A model generated the notes under the pieces. It ran no database searches. It had not been told where the DNA came from and was given only the letters and a program-made list of their open reading frames with translations. This document shows, one piece after another, positions 29,808 to 38,638 of a stretch of 64,000 nucleotides of DNA. The first letter of the stretch is position 1. Each line of letters begins with the position of its first letter. Origin of the DNA: an uncultured Actinomycetes bacterium (GTDB lineage: Bacteria; Actinomycetota; Thermoleophilia; UBA2241); NCBI GenBank assembly GCA_963725665.1, contig CAVRZA010000004.1:192001-256000 (forward strand), read 5' to 3'. Made by a program: the position numbers and the translations under genes.

Positions 29808-31193
29808 ATGCCGCACCTGAAGATGTGGGAGATCATGCAGCGGGCCGCCGAGGGCCCCTTCTGCGAAGACGACACCTTCCTCTACGAGGTCTTCCTGCCG
29901 ACGATGAAGCAGGTCCTGCGCAAGTACGAGATCAGGTTCGACCCGGCCTCACCGGTGCCCGCAGACGACGATCTCGCCGACCGCGTCTGGCGAGGCCGCC
30001 GTCGAGCTGTTCCTCGAGGTCGGCGTGCACAACGTCGACACGCAGCGGCGCATCATGATCAGCGAGGCCGAGCTGAACGAGGCGCTCTACCTCGCGCCCC
30101 GAGCAGCACATCGTCGGGGCGGGCCACGAGACGCGCTGGTGGAGGCCGCGTCGTGTCGAGGACGAGCGCGCGCCGTTCTGCATCTTCAGCCCCGACATCA
30201 CCTACGACGAGGACATCTTCCTGCAGGCCTCGATGGCCTACGTGCAGGAGCCTCTGGCCGACGGTGTGTGCGGTCCTATCCTCGAGGAGAGCATCGGCGC
30301 GCAACATCGTCTCGGGCACGCCCTCGGAGATGGCCGGCGTGATGGAGCACGCCATGTTGCTGCGCAACGCGGCGAAGCTGGTCGGCCGGCCGGGGCTCTT
30401 CTTGGTCGCGGTGGGCACCGCCCAGTCCGACACGGGTCAGGTCGCCGTCAGCAACGACGAGTGGGGTGTGCGCGCGAGCGATGGTCGCCTCATCGGCGTG
30501 CTTACCGAGATGAAGACCGACAACGAGCTTCTGAACAAGGTCGCTCACTGCAAGCAGTACGGCTGCGCCATCGGCTGCCTGACGGGCGCCATCTACGGCG
30601 GCTACGCCGGTGGCGCCGAGGGCACCGCCGTGCTCGAGACCGCCCATCACCTGGTGGGCCTGACCGTCTACCAGCACAACTTCAACAACAGCTTCCCGTT
30701 CCACCTGCAGTACACGTCCAACAGCGGGCGGGAGATGCTGTGGGTGGTCAGCATGGTGCACCAGGCGCTGGCGCGCAACAGCCGCATCCTGTCGACCTCG
30801 CAACGGCTTCTTCAACGCCGGACCGGGGACCGACATGCTCCTCTACGAAGCGGCCGCGCACGCCATCGCCAGCACCGTGTCCGGAGGCGACCTGTGGACG
30901 GCGGCGCCGCGGCACAACAAGTACCGCAACTACGCGACGCCGCTCGAGGCGCGTCTCGCCTGCGAGGCCGCCCACGCTGTGGCGCGGCAGGGGATGACGC
31001 GCGCGCAGGCCAACGAGATCGTCGTACAAGCTCCTCGGCGAGTACGAGGAGACGATCGCCGACGCCCCGGCCGGCAAGCCCTTCCAGGAGTGCTACGACG
31101 TCATGAAGGTGCGGCCGAAAGAGCTGGTACCTCGACATGTACAAAGCCGCCAAGGAGAAGCTACACGGCCTGGGCGTCGAGTTTCCCTATTGA
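29808..31193 (+). CDS. MtmB family methyltransferase, non-pyrrolysine; about six +1 frameshifts
   Basis: RAAEGP, DDDLADRVW, GRPGLFLV, YGGYAGGAEG, AGKPFQECYD and LGVEFPY* are spread over three frames; the stitched protein has no premature stops. Confidence 0.8.
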
Positions 31194-31211
31194 GGCTGGC
31201 GCTGCCCGGCG

Positions 31212-32375
31212 TTACGGCCCGTCCACGCGCGGGGAGGCGACCGCCGTCGTCTGGTAGAGACCGGCGGCGACCTCGCGGCTGCCTCCGTGGAGCTGAGAAA
31301 GCGTCAGACGCTGCAGGCTGAGCGAGAGCAGTCCCGCGCCCACGGCCACCACAAGCTGCATCGCCTGGAAGCCGAGGGCGAAGGCGATGGCCGGTCCGCT
31401 CTCGATGCCGTAGACGGCGAGCGCCGCGACCGCAGCGGCCTGGAAGGTCCCCACGTTGCCCGGCGTGGCGGGGATGAGCCCGATGATGTTGGTCAGCACG
31501 AGCACGAGCGCAGCGCCACGCAATCCGGCGCCCTCGAGGTGGAAGGCGTGGAGCGCCGCGAACGCCGCCGCCACCTGCACCAGCCAGGCGAGCGCCTGCA
31601 CGCCGAGCTCCGACAGGGCCGACGAGGGCCTGCCCATGATGCGCTGGCTCTCGGCAAGCTCCGGCAGGTAATGGCCGACCCTCTGCCGCAGCCGCGACGC
31701 GCGGCCCGAAGGGAACCGAGGCAGGCGCAGCTCGAGACGCCGCGGGTACCCCTTGCGTTCGCTCTCGCGACGCTCACGCTGGCGCTCGAGGATCACGAGG
31801 CCGCCCAGGCACGCGCACGAGAACACGGCTCCGAAGACGAGCACCTCGACAGCCCACGACGGTGCGGAGAGAGTCGACACGATCGCCAGTGCGAGCGCCA
31901 CGAAGCTGACGGTGGCGAAGAGCCGCTCGGTGAGGCTCATGCCGAGCGCCGTCGCGAAGTGCACCGTCGCGCGTCGCCGGCGCAGCAGGATCGACAGCAC
32001 GTACGGCGTCAGTACGACACCCACGCGCACCGGCAGAACGATGTTGGCGAGGAGGCCGATGCTCGTGGCGGAGAAGGCGTCGACGAGGCGCGCGCGCACG
32101 TCGCCGAGAGCATCGACGATCACCTTGAGGGCCCAGCTGCGCAGGACCAGGGAGACGAGGAGCAGGCCCATGGCGGTCAAGGCCCAGCGCCAGTCGGCGT
32201 GGACGAACGACTGCTCCATGCGCTCAAGCTGGCCGTGCCCGAGGAGCAACGCGAGGGCGACGGCTACGGCGAGCCCGCCGAGCCACCAGCGCTTGCCGGG
32301 AATCGAAAGGACTCTGCCGACACCGTTTGTGGCAGAAGGCGTGGATTCTGTTGGTCGGTCTGTCGTGGTGCTCAA
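31212..32375 (-). CDS. Lysylphosphatidylglycerol synthase TM domain (UPF0104 flippase-like) protein
   Basis: LRSW, GLLANIVLPVRVG, TERLF, PATPGNVGTFQ; multiple TM segments. Confidence 0.8.
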   Translation of the reverse strand: MSTTTDRPTESTPSATNGVGRVLSIPGKRWWLGGLAVAVALALLLGHGQLERMEQSFVHADWRWALTAMGLLLVSLVLRSWALKVIVDALGDVRARLVDAFSATSIGLLANIVLPVRVGVVLTPYVLSILLRRRRATVHFATALGMSLTERLFATVSFVALALAIVSTLSAPSWAVEVLVFGAVFSCACLGGLVILERQRERRESERKGYPRRLELRLPRFPSGRASRLRQRVGHYLPELAESQRIMGRPSSALSELGVQALAWLVQVAAAFAALHAFHLEGAGLRGAALVLVLTNIIGLIPATPGNVGTFQAAAVAALAVYGIESGPAIAFALGFQAMQLVVAVGAGLLSLSLQRLTLSQLHGGSREVAAGLYQTTAVASPRVDGP

Positions 32376-32604
32376 CGATCTCTTTCCCTGGGCGGCCGCC
32401 CCCGGCAGAAGGGCCAGGGCTGCGATCTCTTGACTTGAGTATCGGGACGAGGCCCTGGTCCGAGAAGGATAGGACTGTTCCTATCTGTCCCAGAACAAGG
32501 TAGCTTGGTCATCCAGCCGGGCCGGGCGCAAGGCGATTAGTCACCCCTGTGGCCGGGCATGAGATGCCTCACACGGCGGAGAGCTCGGACGTCGGGAGTG
32601 GAGC

Positions 32605-33102
32605 ATGGCGCCGCTCGACCAGGATACCATCATCGGACACGTCCACCTCAAGGTGGCGGACCTCGACCGTGCCGTGGCCTTCTATCGCGACGTGCTCGGC
32701 TTCGACCTGACGACCCGCCTCGGCGCCCAGGCCGCCTTCCTCTCGGCCGGCGGCTACCACCACCACATCGGTCTCAATACGTGGGAGTCGGCGGGCGGGT
32801 CACCTCCTCCTCCGGGGACGACCGGGCTCTACCACTTCGCCGTCCGCTTCCCCACGAGACGTGCGCTTGCCGAGGCGCTGCTGCGGCTGATCGAGGTGCG
32901 CTACCCGATCGAGGGGGCGTCGGACCACGGTGTGAGCGAGGCGATCTACCTGCGTGACCCCGACGGCAACGGTATCGAGCTCTACTGGGATCGGCCGCGC
33001 GAGGAGTGGCCGCACGACCGCGACGGCGACCTTGAGATGTTCACCGCCGCCCTCGACCTCGAAGAGCTCCTGGCCGAGGTGCGGCGGTCGAACGGGGATT
33101 GA
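32605..33102 (+). CDS. VOC family (glyoxalase / catechol-2,3-dioxygenase-like) protein
   Basis: IGHVHLKVADL, GGYHHHIGLNTW, GLYHFA, DHGVSEAIYLRDPDGNGIELY. Confidence 0.92.
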   Translation: MAPLDQDTIIGHVHLKVADLDRAVAFYRDVLGFDLTTRLGAQAAFLSAGGYHHHIGLNTWESAGGSPPPPGTTGLYHFAVRFPTRRALAEALLRLIEVRYPIEGASDHGVSEAIYLRDPDGNGIELYWDRPREEWPHDRDGDLEMFTAALDLEELLAEVRRSNGD

Positions 33103-33153
33103 GGTCCGCGGGTCGGTCGCGCGGCCGATCGACCGAGGGTCTCGCAGGGGTTT

Positions 33154-33181
33154 TCAAGCGTCGGGCGATCGTGTTCGATAC
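33154..33181 (+). promoter_or_regulatory. Sigma28 (FliA/WhiG)-like promoter
   Basis: TCAAG-N15-TTCGATAC, 7 nt before GTG at 33189. Confidence 0.45.
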
Positions 33182-33188
33182 AGTGAGT

Positions 33189-33422
33189 GTGATGCGCGAC
33201 GGAGACTGCCCCTACCTGCGGTGCGAGAAGACGGCTCGGCGACTGCACGGCCTCACTGTCGATCAGACAGGGCCCATGGAGGTGTCGGAGGTCTGGTACT
33301 GTCGTCACCCCTTCCACGGGGTGGAAGTGCCGGTGGCCGGCAAGCGGGGTGAGGCGCAGCGGGTCTGCGCCCTCTGTACGCTCCCCGGCAGGGTGGGCGC
33401 CTCGTCCGCCGACGGCGAGTGA
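33189..33422 (+). CDS. Small Cys/His-rich hypothetical protein
   Basis: CPYLRC...WYCRHPFH...CALC; GC3-rich codon pattern. Confidence 0.55.
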   Translation: MMRDGDCPYLRCEKTARRLHGLTVDQTGPMEVSEVWYCRHPFHGVEVPVAGKRGEAQRVCALCTLPGRVGASSADGE

Positions 33423-33537
33423 GGCGAGTCGCGGCCCTGCGGCGGTCGGCAGGGGCACAGAAGGACGGCGGGGGCGCGACCCTGGTGTAGACGGACGTTC
33501 TATGGAGCAGGCGTTGCTCGAGGCTGATATTTATCAG

Positions 33538-33614
33538 CGAGAGGCGGGGACTGACCTTCTCTCATCGGCTCGCCAGGCTACGCTTTCCCTAGGACAGTCC
33601 CCGCTCTTTCCTTT
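33538..33614 (+). ncRNA. Candidate hairpin sRNA A
   Basis: Stem gcggggactg/cagtccccgc, CU-rich loop containing GGCTCGC, U-rich tail; sigma28-like TGGAG-N15-GCTGATAT upstream. Confidence 0.4.
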
Positions 33615-33705
33615 GCCGGGAGCGCCGACACTCTCTGGTCCACGTCATCGTGTCCCCTTCCCCCGAGAAATCTGAAGGAATCTCAGCAGGGAGGGCGAAT
33701 GAAGC

Positions 33706-33780
33706 GCGGGGGCTGCCAAACACCAGTGCTCCTTTGGCTCGCTCAACTGGTCTTTCTCACACCTGGCAGCCCCCTTTTCT
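33706..33780 (+). ncRNA. Candidate hairpin sRNA B
   Basis: Stem gggggctgcca/tggcagccccc with inner accagt/actggt, loop containing GGCTCGC, tttt tail; SigH-like AGGA-N17-GAAT upstream. Confidence 0.45.
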
Positions 33781-33975
33781 ATGCTCTCGTGCGGGCGCGC
33801 GATGGGTCGTCGCGAAGCCGCCCTGTGACGGCGTGACGTGCGGCTCGGGCCTTGAGCGGCGGCTTTACAGCCTTGGGGGTGGGTGCCAGAATAGCCGCTG
33901 GCCATCGGGCCGGACGCCCGTGGCGAGTGTCGACATACCTGCTCGCCCCTCGGTCCCCCAGAGAAGGAGCCGTTC

Positions 33976-34167
33976 ATGGCAAAGCCTGTCGTCGATGCGG
34001 AACTGTGCACCGGTTGCGGCACCTGCGAGGCCCTGTGCCCCGAGGTGTTCGAGGTGCGCGACGACGGCATCGCCTACGTCATCGATCCCGACGCCTGCAA
34101 CGAGGTGGACTGCTGCGAAGAGGCAGCGGAGAGCTGCCCCGAAGAGGCGATCACGTTCGTCGACTGA
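33976..34167 (+). CDS. Ferredoxin (single 4Fe-4S cluster)
   Basis: CTGCGTC...CP...CPEEAI; RBS AAGGAG. Confidence 0.93.
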   Translation: MAKPVVDAELCTGCGTCEALCPEVFEVRDDGIAYVIDPDACNEVDCCEEAAESCPEEAITFVD

Positions 34168-34367
34168 GAGTCCCAACGCTTGCGCGCGGCGCCGGCGCAG
34201 GCGCGCGCCGCGCGCGCAGACCCGCCCTCAAGGGTCACGCGGTCCTGCTCGACAGAGAGGAAGGTAGTCGTCGGTCGCCGAAACTCCCCCAAAGGCATGC
34301 ATCCCATGAGAGAAAGCGCCCACTACAGCGCGCAGCGTCTGCAAATCTCGGGTCTCGAGGCCTGGAC

Positions 34368-35066
34368 TTGATCGTCTTCGAGAACGTCAGCAAGGTGTAC
34401 GACGGCGAGGTCGTCGGGCTGCAGGAGGTCTCCCTGCACATCCCCAAGGGCGAGTTCGTCTTCCTTGTCGGCCCGTCGGGGTCGGGCAAGTCGACCCTCA
34501 TCAGGCTGGTGCTCAAGGAGCTCGACCCGACCCAGGGCCGCATCCTCGTCGCGGGACGCAACCTCAACACCCTGCGCCGCAGCAAGGTGCCCTTGCTGCG
34601 GCGTAACATCGGCTGCGTGTTCCAGGACTTCAAGCTGCTGCCCAACAAGACGGTGTACGACAACGTCGCCTACGCACTGCAGGTGGTGGGCGAGAACCAC
34701 CGCTCGGTGCGGCGCAAGGTCCCCGAGATCCTCAACCTTGTGGGCCTGGGCGAGAAGATGAGCAGCCTGCCGTTGGAGATCTCGGGCGGCGAGCAGCAGC
34801 GGGTCTCGGTGGCCCGTGCCTTCGTGAACCATCCGCCGCTGCTGCTCGCCGACGAGCCGACGGGCAACATCGACCCCGACACCTCGATCGGCATCATGCA
34901 GCTCCTCCTGCGCATCAACCGCACCGGGACGACCGTGGTCGTAGCGACGCACGACCGCGAGATGGTCGATCGCATGCGCAAACGGGTCGTCGCCCTCGAC
35001 ACCGGGCGCCTCGTCCGCGACGAGCGCCGCGGGGTCTACGATGGAGTGCAGCCCGATGAGAACTAG
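34368..35066 (+). CDS. ftsE: Cell division ATP-binding protein FtsE
   Basis: GPSGSGKST, VFQDFKLL, ISGGEQQR, ADEPTGN; TTG start; upstream of ftsX. Confidence 0.93.
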   Translation: MIVFENVSKVYDGEVVGLQEVSLHIPKGEFVFLVGPSGSGKSTLIRLVLKELDPTQGRILVAGRNLNTLRRSKVPLLRRNIGCVFQDFKLLPNKTVYDNVAYALQVVGENHRSVRRKVPEILNLVGLGEKMSSLPLEISGGEQQRVSVARAFVNHPPLLLADEPTGNIDPDTSIGIMQLLLRINRTGTTVVVATHDREMVDRMRKRVVALDTGRLVRDERRGVYDGVQPDEN

Positions 35067-35976
35067 CTTCTTCATGAACGAGGCCCTCGGCTCGCTGCGC
35101 CGCAACTGGGTGATGACGATCGCCGCCGTGCTCACGGTCTTCATCTCGATGGCCATCCTCGGCTTCGTCCTCGTCATCGATCGCAACCTGAACCAGGGAG
35201 CGACGAGCCTCAAGAACCGGGTCATGATCGAGGTCTTCCTCAAGGACAGCGCGACGCCGGAGCAGGTGGCGCAGCTCAAGCAGCAGATCGAGGCCATGCC
35301 CGAGTTCAAGAGCGTGACCTACATCTCGAAGGACCAGGCTCTGAAGGAGTTCAAGGATCGCCTCGGTGAGAACGCCCAGTCGATCCTCGAGAACCTCTCC
35401 ACGAACCCGTTGCCCGCCTCGTTCCGCATCTACGTGAAAGACCCGAATCAGGTCGAAGCCGTGGCGGGGCGCTTCTTCGCCAATCCCATCGTCGCCAACG
35501 ACCCCGGCACCCACAACGGGGTCCACTACGCGCGCGACACGGTACGCAGGATGCTGGGCACGATCGGCCTCATCGAGAAGGGCATGTGGGTGGCGACCAT
35601 CATCTTCGCCGCCGCCGCGGTGCTCCTCATCTCGACCACGGTGCGCCTGTCGATCTTCGCTCGGCGGCGCGAGATCGAGATCATGCGCCTCGTCGGCGCG
35701 ACCAACTGGTTCATCCGTTGGCCCTTCGTCGTCGAGGGTTTCATCACCGGGCTCGTGGGCTCCATCGTCGCTGCCTTGGGCGTGGGCGTCGTGAATTGGA
35801 CCGTCTTCAACTGGATAGAGAACTCGTCCGTGAACTTCCTCGGGGTCGAGAAGTACCCCGTGTGGATCCAGGGCGGCCAGTGGCCGCTGGGACTGCTGCC
35901 GACGCTGGCGGTGCTCGGGGCGATCCTCGGCGCGGCCGGAAGCGTCCTCGCCCTGCGCCGCTACCTGCGCGTGTAG
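35056..35976 (+). CDS. ftsX: Cell division permease FtsX
   Basis: NPLP, ISTTVRLSIFARRREIEIMRLVGATNWFIRWPF..EG. Confidence 0.93.
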   Translation: MRTSFFMNEALGSLRRNWVMTIAAVLTVFISMAILGFVLVIDRNLNQGATSLKNRVMIEVFLKDSATPEQVAQLKQQIEAMPEFKSVTYISKDQALKEFKDRLGENAQSILENLSTNPLPASFRIYVKDPNQVEAVAGRFFANPIVANDPGTHNGVHYARDTVRRMLGTIGLIEKGMWVATIIFAAAAVLLISTTVRLSIFARRREIEIMRLVGATNWFIRWPFVVEGFITGLVGSIVAALGVGVVNWTVFNWIENSSVNFLGVEKYPVWIQGGQWPLGLLPTLAVLGAILGAAGSVLALRRYLRV

Positions 35977-36038
35977 AGTCCACCGGCGGCGCGGCCTACA
36001 GGAACCGGCGGCCGCGCCGAAGAAGTACTCGGGATGCT

Positions 36039-37253
36039 ATGGGGATGAGACGACAAGCCCTCATCGCCGCCGCGGCCGGGCTCCTCGGGCTCGCGCTCGT
36101 GGCCGCCCACGCCCCAGCCGCCTCCGCTGCAAACGCCCAGGACGAGCTCAACCTCACCAGGCAGAAGCTCGTCCACGCCCGCGCTCTGATCGCAGCCGCC
36201 AAGGCGAAAGAGGGCAAGCTGAACGGTCAGGTCGACGCCTACGACGGGCGCCTGAACGCGATCGGCGGCGAGCTGGCCGCCTTGCAGGCGAAGCTCGCCG
36301 CCGTAGAGGCCAAGCTCGCCAAGACGCGGGCCGAGCTGACCAGGCTGCGCAGCCGACTGCGCGCCAAGGTGCGCGAGCTGCGCCAGGCCGAGGCCGAGCT
36401 GAGGTGGCAGCGGGAGGTCTTCGTCAGGCGCGTGGTGGAGAGCTACAAGACGGGCGACGTCGACTACATCGACGTCCTGCTCGGCTCCGCCGACTGGGAG
36501 GACCTCGTGACGCGCTTTCGCCTCGTGCGGCAGCTCGTCGGCAACGACAACCTGCTGGTCACGCAGCTTGATGCGGCGCGCCGCGAGGTGGCGCGCCAGA
36601 AGGCCAGTCTGGCGGAGCTGACGGCCGCCAAGGCGGCGGCCGAGGCGGAGCTCAGCGATCGACAAGCCGAGTTGGCCTCGCTCAAGGCGCAGGTCGTGGC
36701 CAAGCAGCAGGCGGTCCTTGCCGCCCGCCACGCCAAGGAACTCACGCTGGCCCAGGTCGTCCAGACGCGCAAGGGGTACGAGCAGCAGGAACAGGAGCTA
36801 CTGGCCGAGAGCCGCCGGCTGCAGACGATCATCACCGGCAGCTCGGGCTCGGGGACCGTGCACGGCACGGGCCGGCTGGTGTGGCCGGTCTCCGGGCCCG
36901 TCGTCTCGGGCTTCGGCTGGCGCATCCATCCCATCTTCCACACGCGCAAGTTCCACACCGGCATCGACATCGGCGTCGGCTACGGCACGGCGATCCACGC
37001 CGCCGACAGCGGCACCGTGATCTACGCCGCCGGAATGAGCGGGTACGGCAACGTCATCGTCATCGACCACGGCGGCGGGCTCTCGACGCTCTATGCGCAC
37101 CAGTCGGGGTTTGCGGTCGGGATGGGCGCCGGCGTGAGTCGGGGACAAGTGATCGGCTACGTCGGCATGACCGGCTACACGACCGGCCCGCACCTGCACT
37201 TCGAGGTGCGCGTAGGCGGTTCGCCCGTCGACCCGATGGGGTACCTGCCGTAG
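36039..37253 (+). CDS. Coiled-coil + M23 peptidase (EnvC-like murein hydrolase/activator)
   Basis: Signal peptide, long coiled coil, HTGID, LYAH, TGPHLHFEVR. Confidence 0.9.
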   Translation: MGMRRQALIAAAAGLLGLALVAAHAPAASAANAQDELNLTRQKLVHARALIAAAKAKEGKLNGQVDAYDGRLNAIGGELAALQAKLAAVEAKLAKTRAELTRLRSRLRAKVRELRQAEAELRWQREVFVRRVVESYKTGDVDYIDVLLGSADWEDLVTRFRLVRQLVGNDNLLVTQLDAARREVARQKASLAELTAAKAAAEAELSDRQAELASLKAQVVAKQQAVLAARHAKELTLAQVVQTRKGYEQQEQELLAESRRLQTIITGSSGSGTVHGTGRLVWPVSGPVVSGFGWRIHPIFHTRKFHTGIDIGVGYGTAIHAADSGTVIYAAGMSGYGNVIVIDHGGGLSTLYAHQSGFAVGMGAGVSRGQVIGYVGMTGYTTGPHLHFEVRVGGSPVDPMGYLP

Positions 37254-37347
37254 TGCCGCTTCCTCCGCTCCGCTCGACCGATGACAGTCGCAAGCGCCAC
37301 CCGTCAAAGTTGCTGAGAACCCGATCGGTAGCTACCATGCTGGGACA

Positions 37348-38631
37348 GTGCATACCCTAGAGATAGTCCTCCTCCTGGTCCTCCTGCTCGCCCTCGTCGT
37401 CGACGGCGTGCTGCTCGCGCGCCGCCTGCGTCCCGAGAGCGGGAGGGGCTTGGCGTTGCGCGCCGTCGCCCTGCTCCTCACCCTGGTCGCCGTCGTGCTC
37501 GTCGGCGGGTTCGTGGTCGTCGTCGCCCGTTCGGACAGCGGAGGCGGCGCCACACCGGCGACGATCGACGGGTCTGCGCAACTGCAGCAGCGCATCATCA
37601 GCGACCTGCAGCGCTACTACTACAAGCCCGTCGACACGGCGAAGCTCCAGCGCGTCGCCGGCACGAGCGCCATCGACGCCATGCTCAAGACGCTGAAGGA
37701 TCCCTACACCGAGTACATGGATCCCAAACAGACGAACTTGCTCGAGGAGCACCTCAAAGGCACCTACTCGGGCATCGGCGCCATCCTCGAGAAGAAGAAC
37801 GGCGAGGTCCGCATCACGCGGGTGATCGAGGGATCGCCGGCGGCCGAGGCCCAATTGCAGTCCGCCGACGTGATCGTCTCCGTCGATGGCCGTGCGACCA
37901 AGGGCGAACCGATCGAGGTCGTCAGCTCACGCATCAGGGGCAAGGCCGGCACGCAGGTCAAGCTGGCCGTTCGTCGCCCGAGCACGGGTGCGGCGCTGTC
38001 GCTCACGCTGACGCGGCGCGAGGTCTCGTTCCCGATCATGCGCAGCCGCCTCATCGACGATCACGGCGTGAAGGTGGGCTACGTGCAGCTGTTCGAGTTC
38101 TCCTCGGGCGCGACTGACAAGGTGCGCGCCGCGCTGCAGAGGTTGCAGCAGCGCGGCGCGCAGCAGATCGTCTTCGACCTGCGCTACAACGGTGGCGGCC
38201 TGCTCGACGAGGGCGTCGGCGTGGCCAGCGACTTCCTGCATCCGGGACTCGTCGTCGTCACGACGCAGGGCATGCACTCGCCCAAGGAGGTCTTCAAGTC
38301 GTCGGGAGGCCCCGCCACCACGCTGCCCGTCGTGGTCCTCGTCAACCACTGGACGGCGAGCGCCTCCGAGATCGTCGCGGGCGCCCTGCAGGATCAAGGG
38401 CGGGCGACGATCATCGGCACGCGCACCTTCGGCAAGGGTCTGGTGCAGAGACCCATCTCACTGCCCGGCGGCGCCACCCTCAAGCTCACAACGGCGGTCT
38501 ACCTGACCCCACGCGGGACGGACATCAACCACGTCGGGATCGTCCCCTCGATCTCGGTGAAGGACGATCCCAAGACCAAGCGGGACGAGGCTCTGCAGCG
38601 CGTCCTGCGGTTCATCGCGACGGGGCGCTAG
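37348..38631 (+). CDS. ctpA: S41 C-terminal processing peptidase
   Basis: DPYT, GIGA (PDZ), DLRYNGGG, TASASE, TFGKG. Confidence 0.9.
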   Translation: MHTLEIVLLLVLLLALVVDGVLLARRLRPESGRGLALRAVALLLTLVAVVLVGGFVVVVARSDSGGGATPATIDGSAQLQQRIISDLQRYYYKPVDTAKLQRVAGTSAIDAMLKTLKDPYTEYMDPKQTNLLEEHLKGTYSGIGAILEKKNGEVRITRVIEGSPAAEAQLQSADVIVSVDGRATKGEPIEVVSSRIRGKAGTQVKLAVRRPSTGAALSLTLTRREVSFPIMRSRLIDDHGVKVGYVQLFEFSSGATDKVRAALQRLQQRGAQQIVFDLRYNGGGLLDEGVGVASDFLHPGLVVVTTQGMHSPKEVFKSSGGPATTLPVVVLVNHWTASASEIVAGALQDQGRATIIGTRTFGKGLVQRPISLPGGATLKLTTAVYLTPRGTDINHVGIVPSISVKDDPKTKRDEALQRVLRFIATGR

Positions 38632-38638
38632 GCCCCTC

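Noticed and set aside
5061-31193. Pyrrolysine read-through in the mtmB/mttB genes
   Set aside because: No in-frame TAG at the Pyl-equivalent positions in any of the four genes, and no pyl genes in the window.
29808-31193. Programmed frameshifting in mtmB2
   Set aside because: About six dispersed insertions with no common slippery site; sequencing error is simpler.
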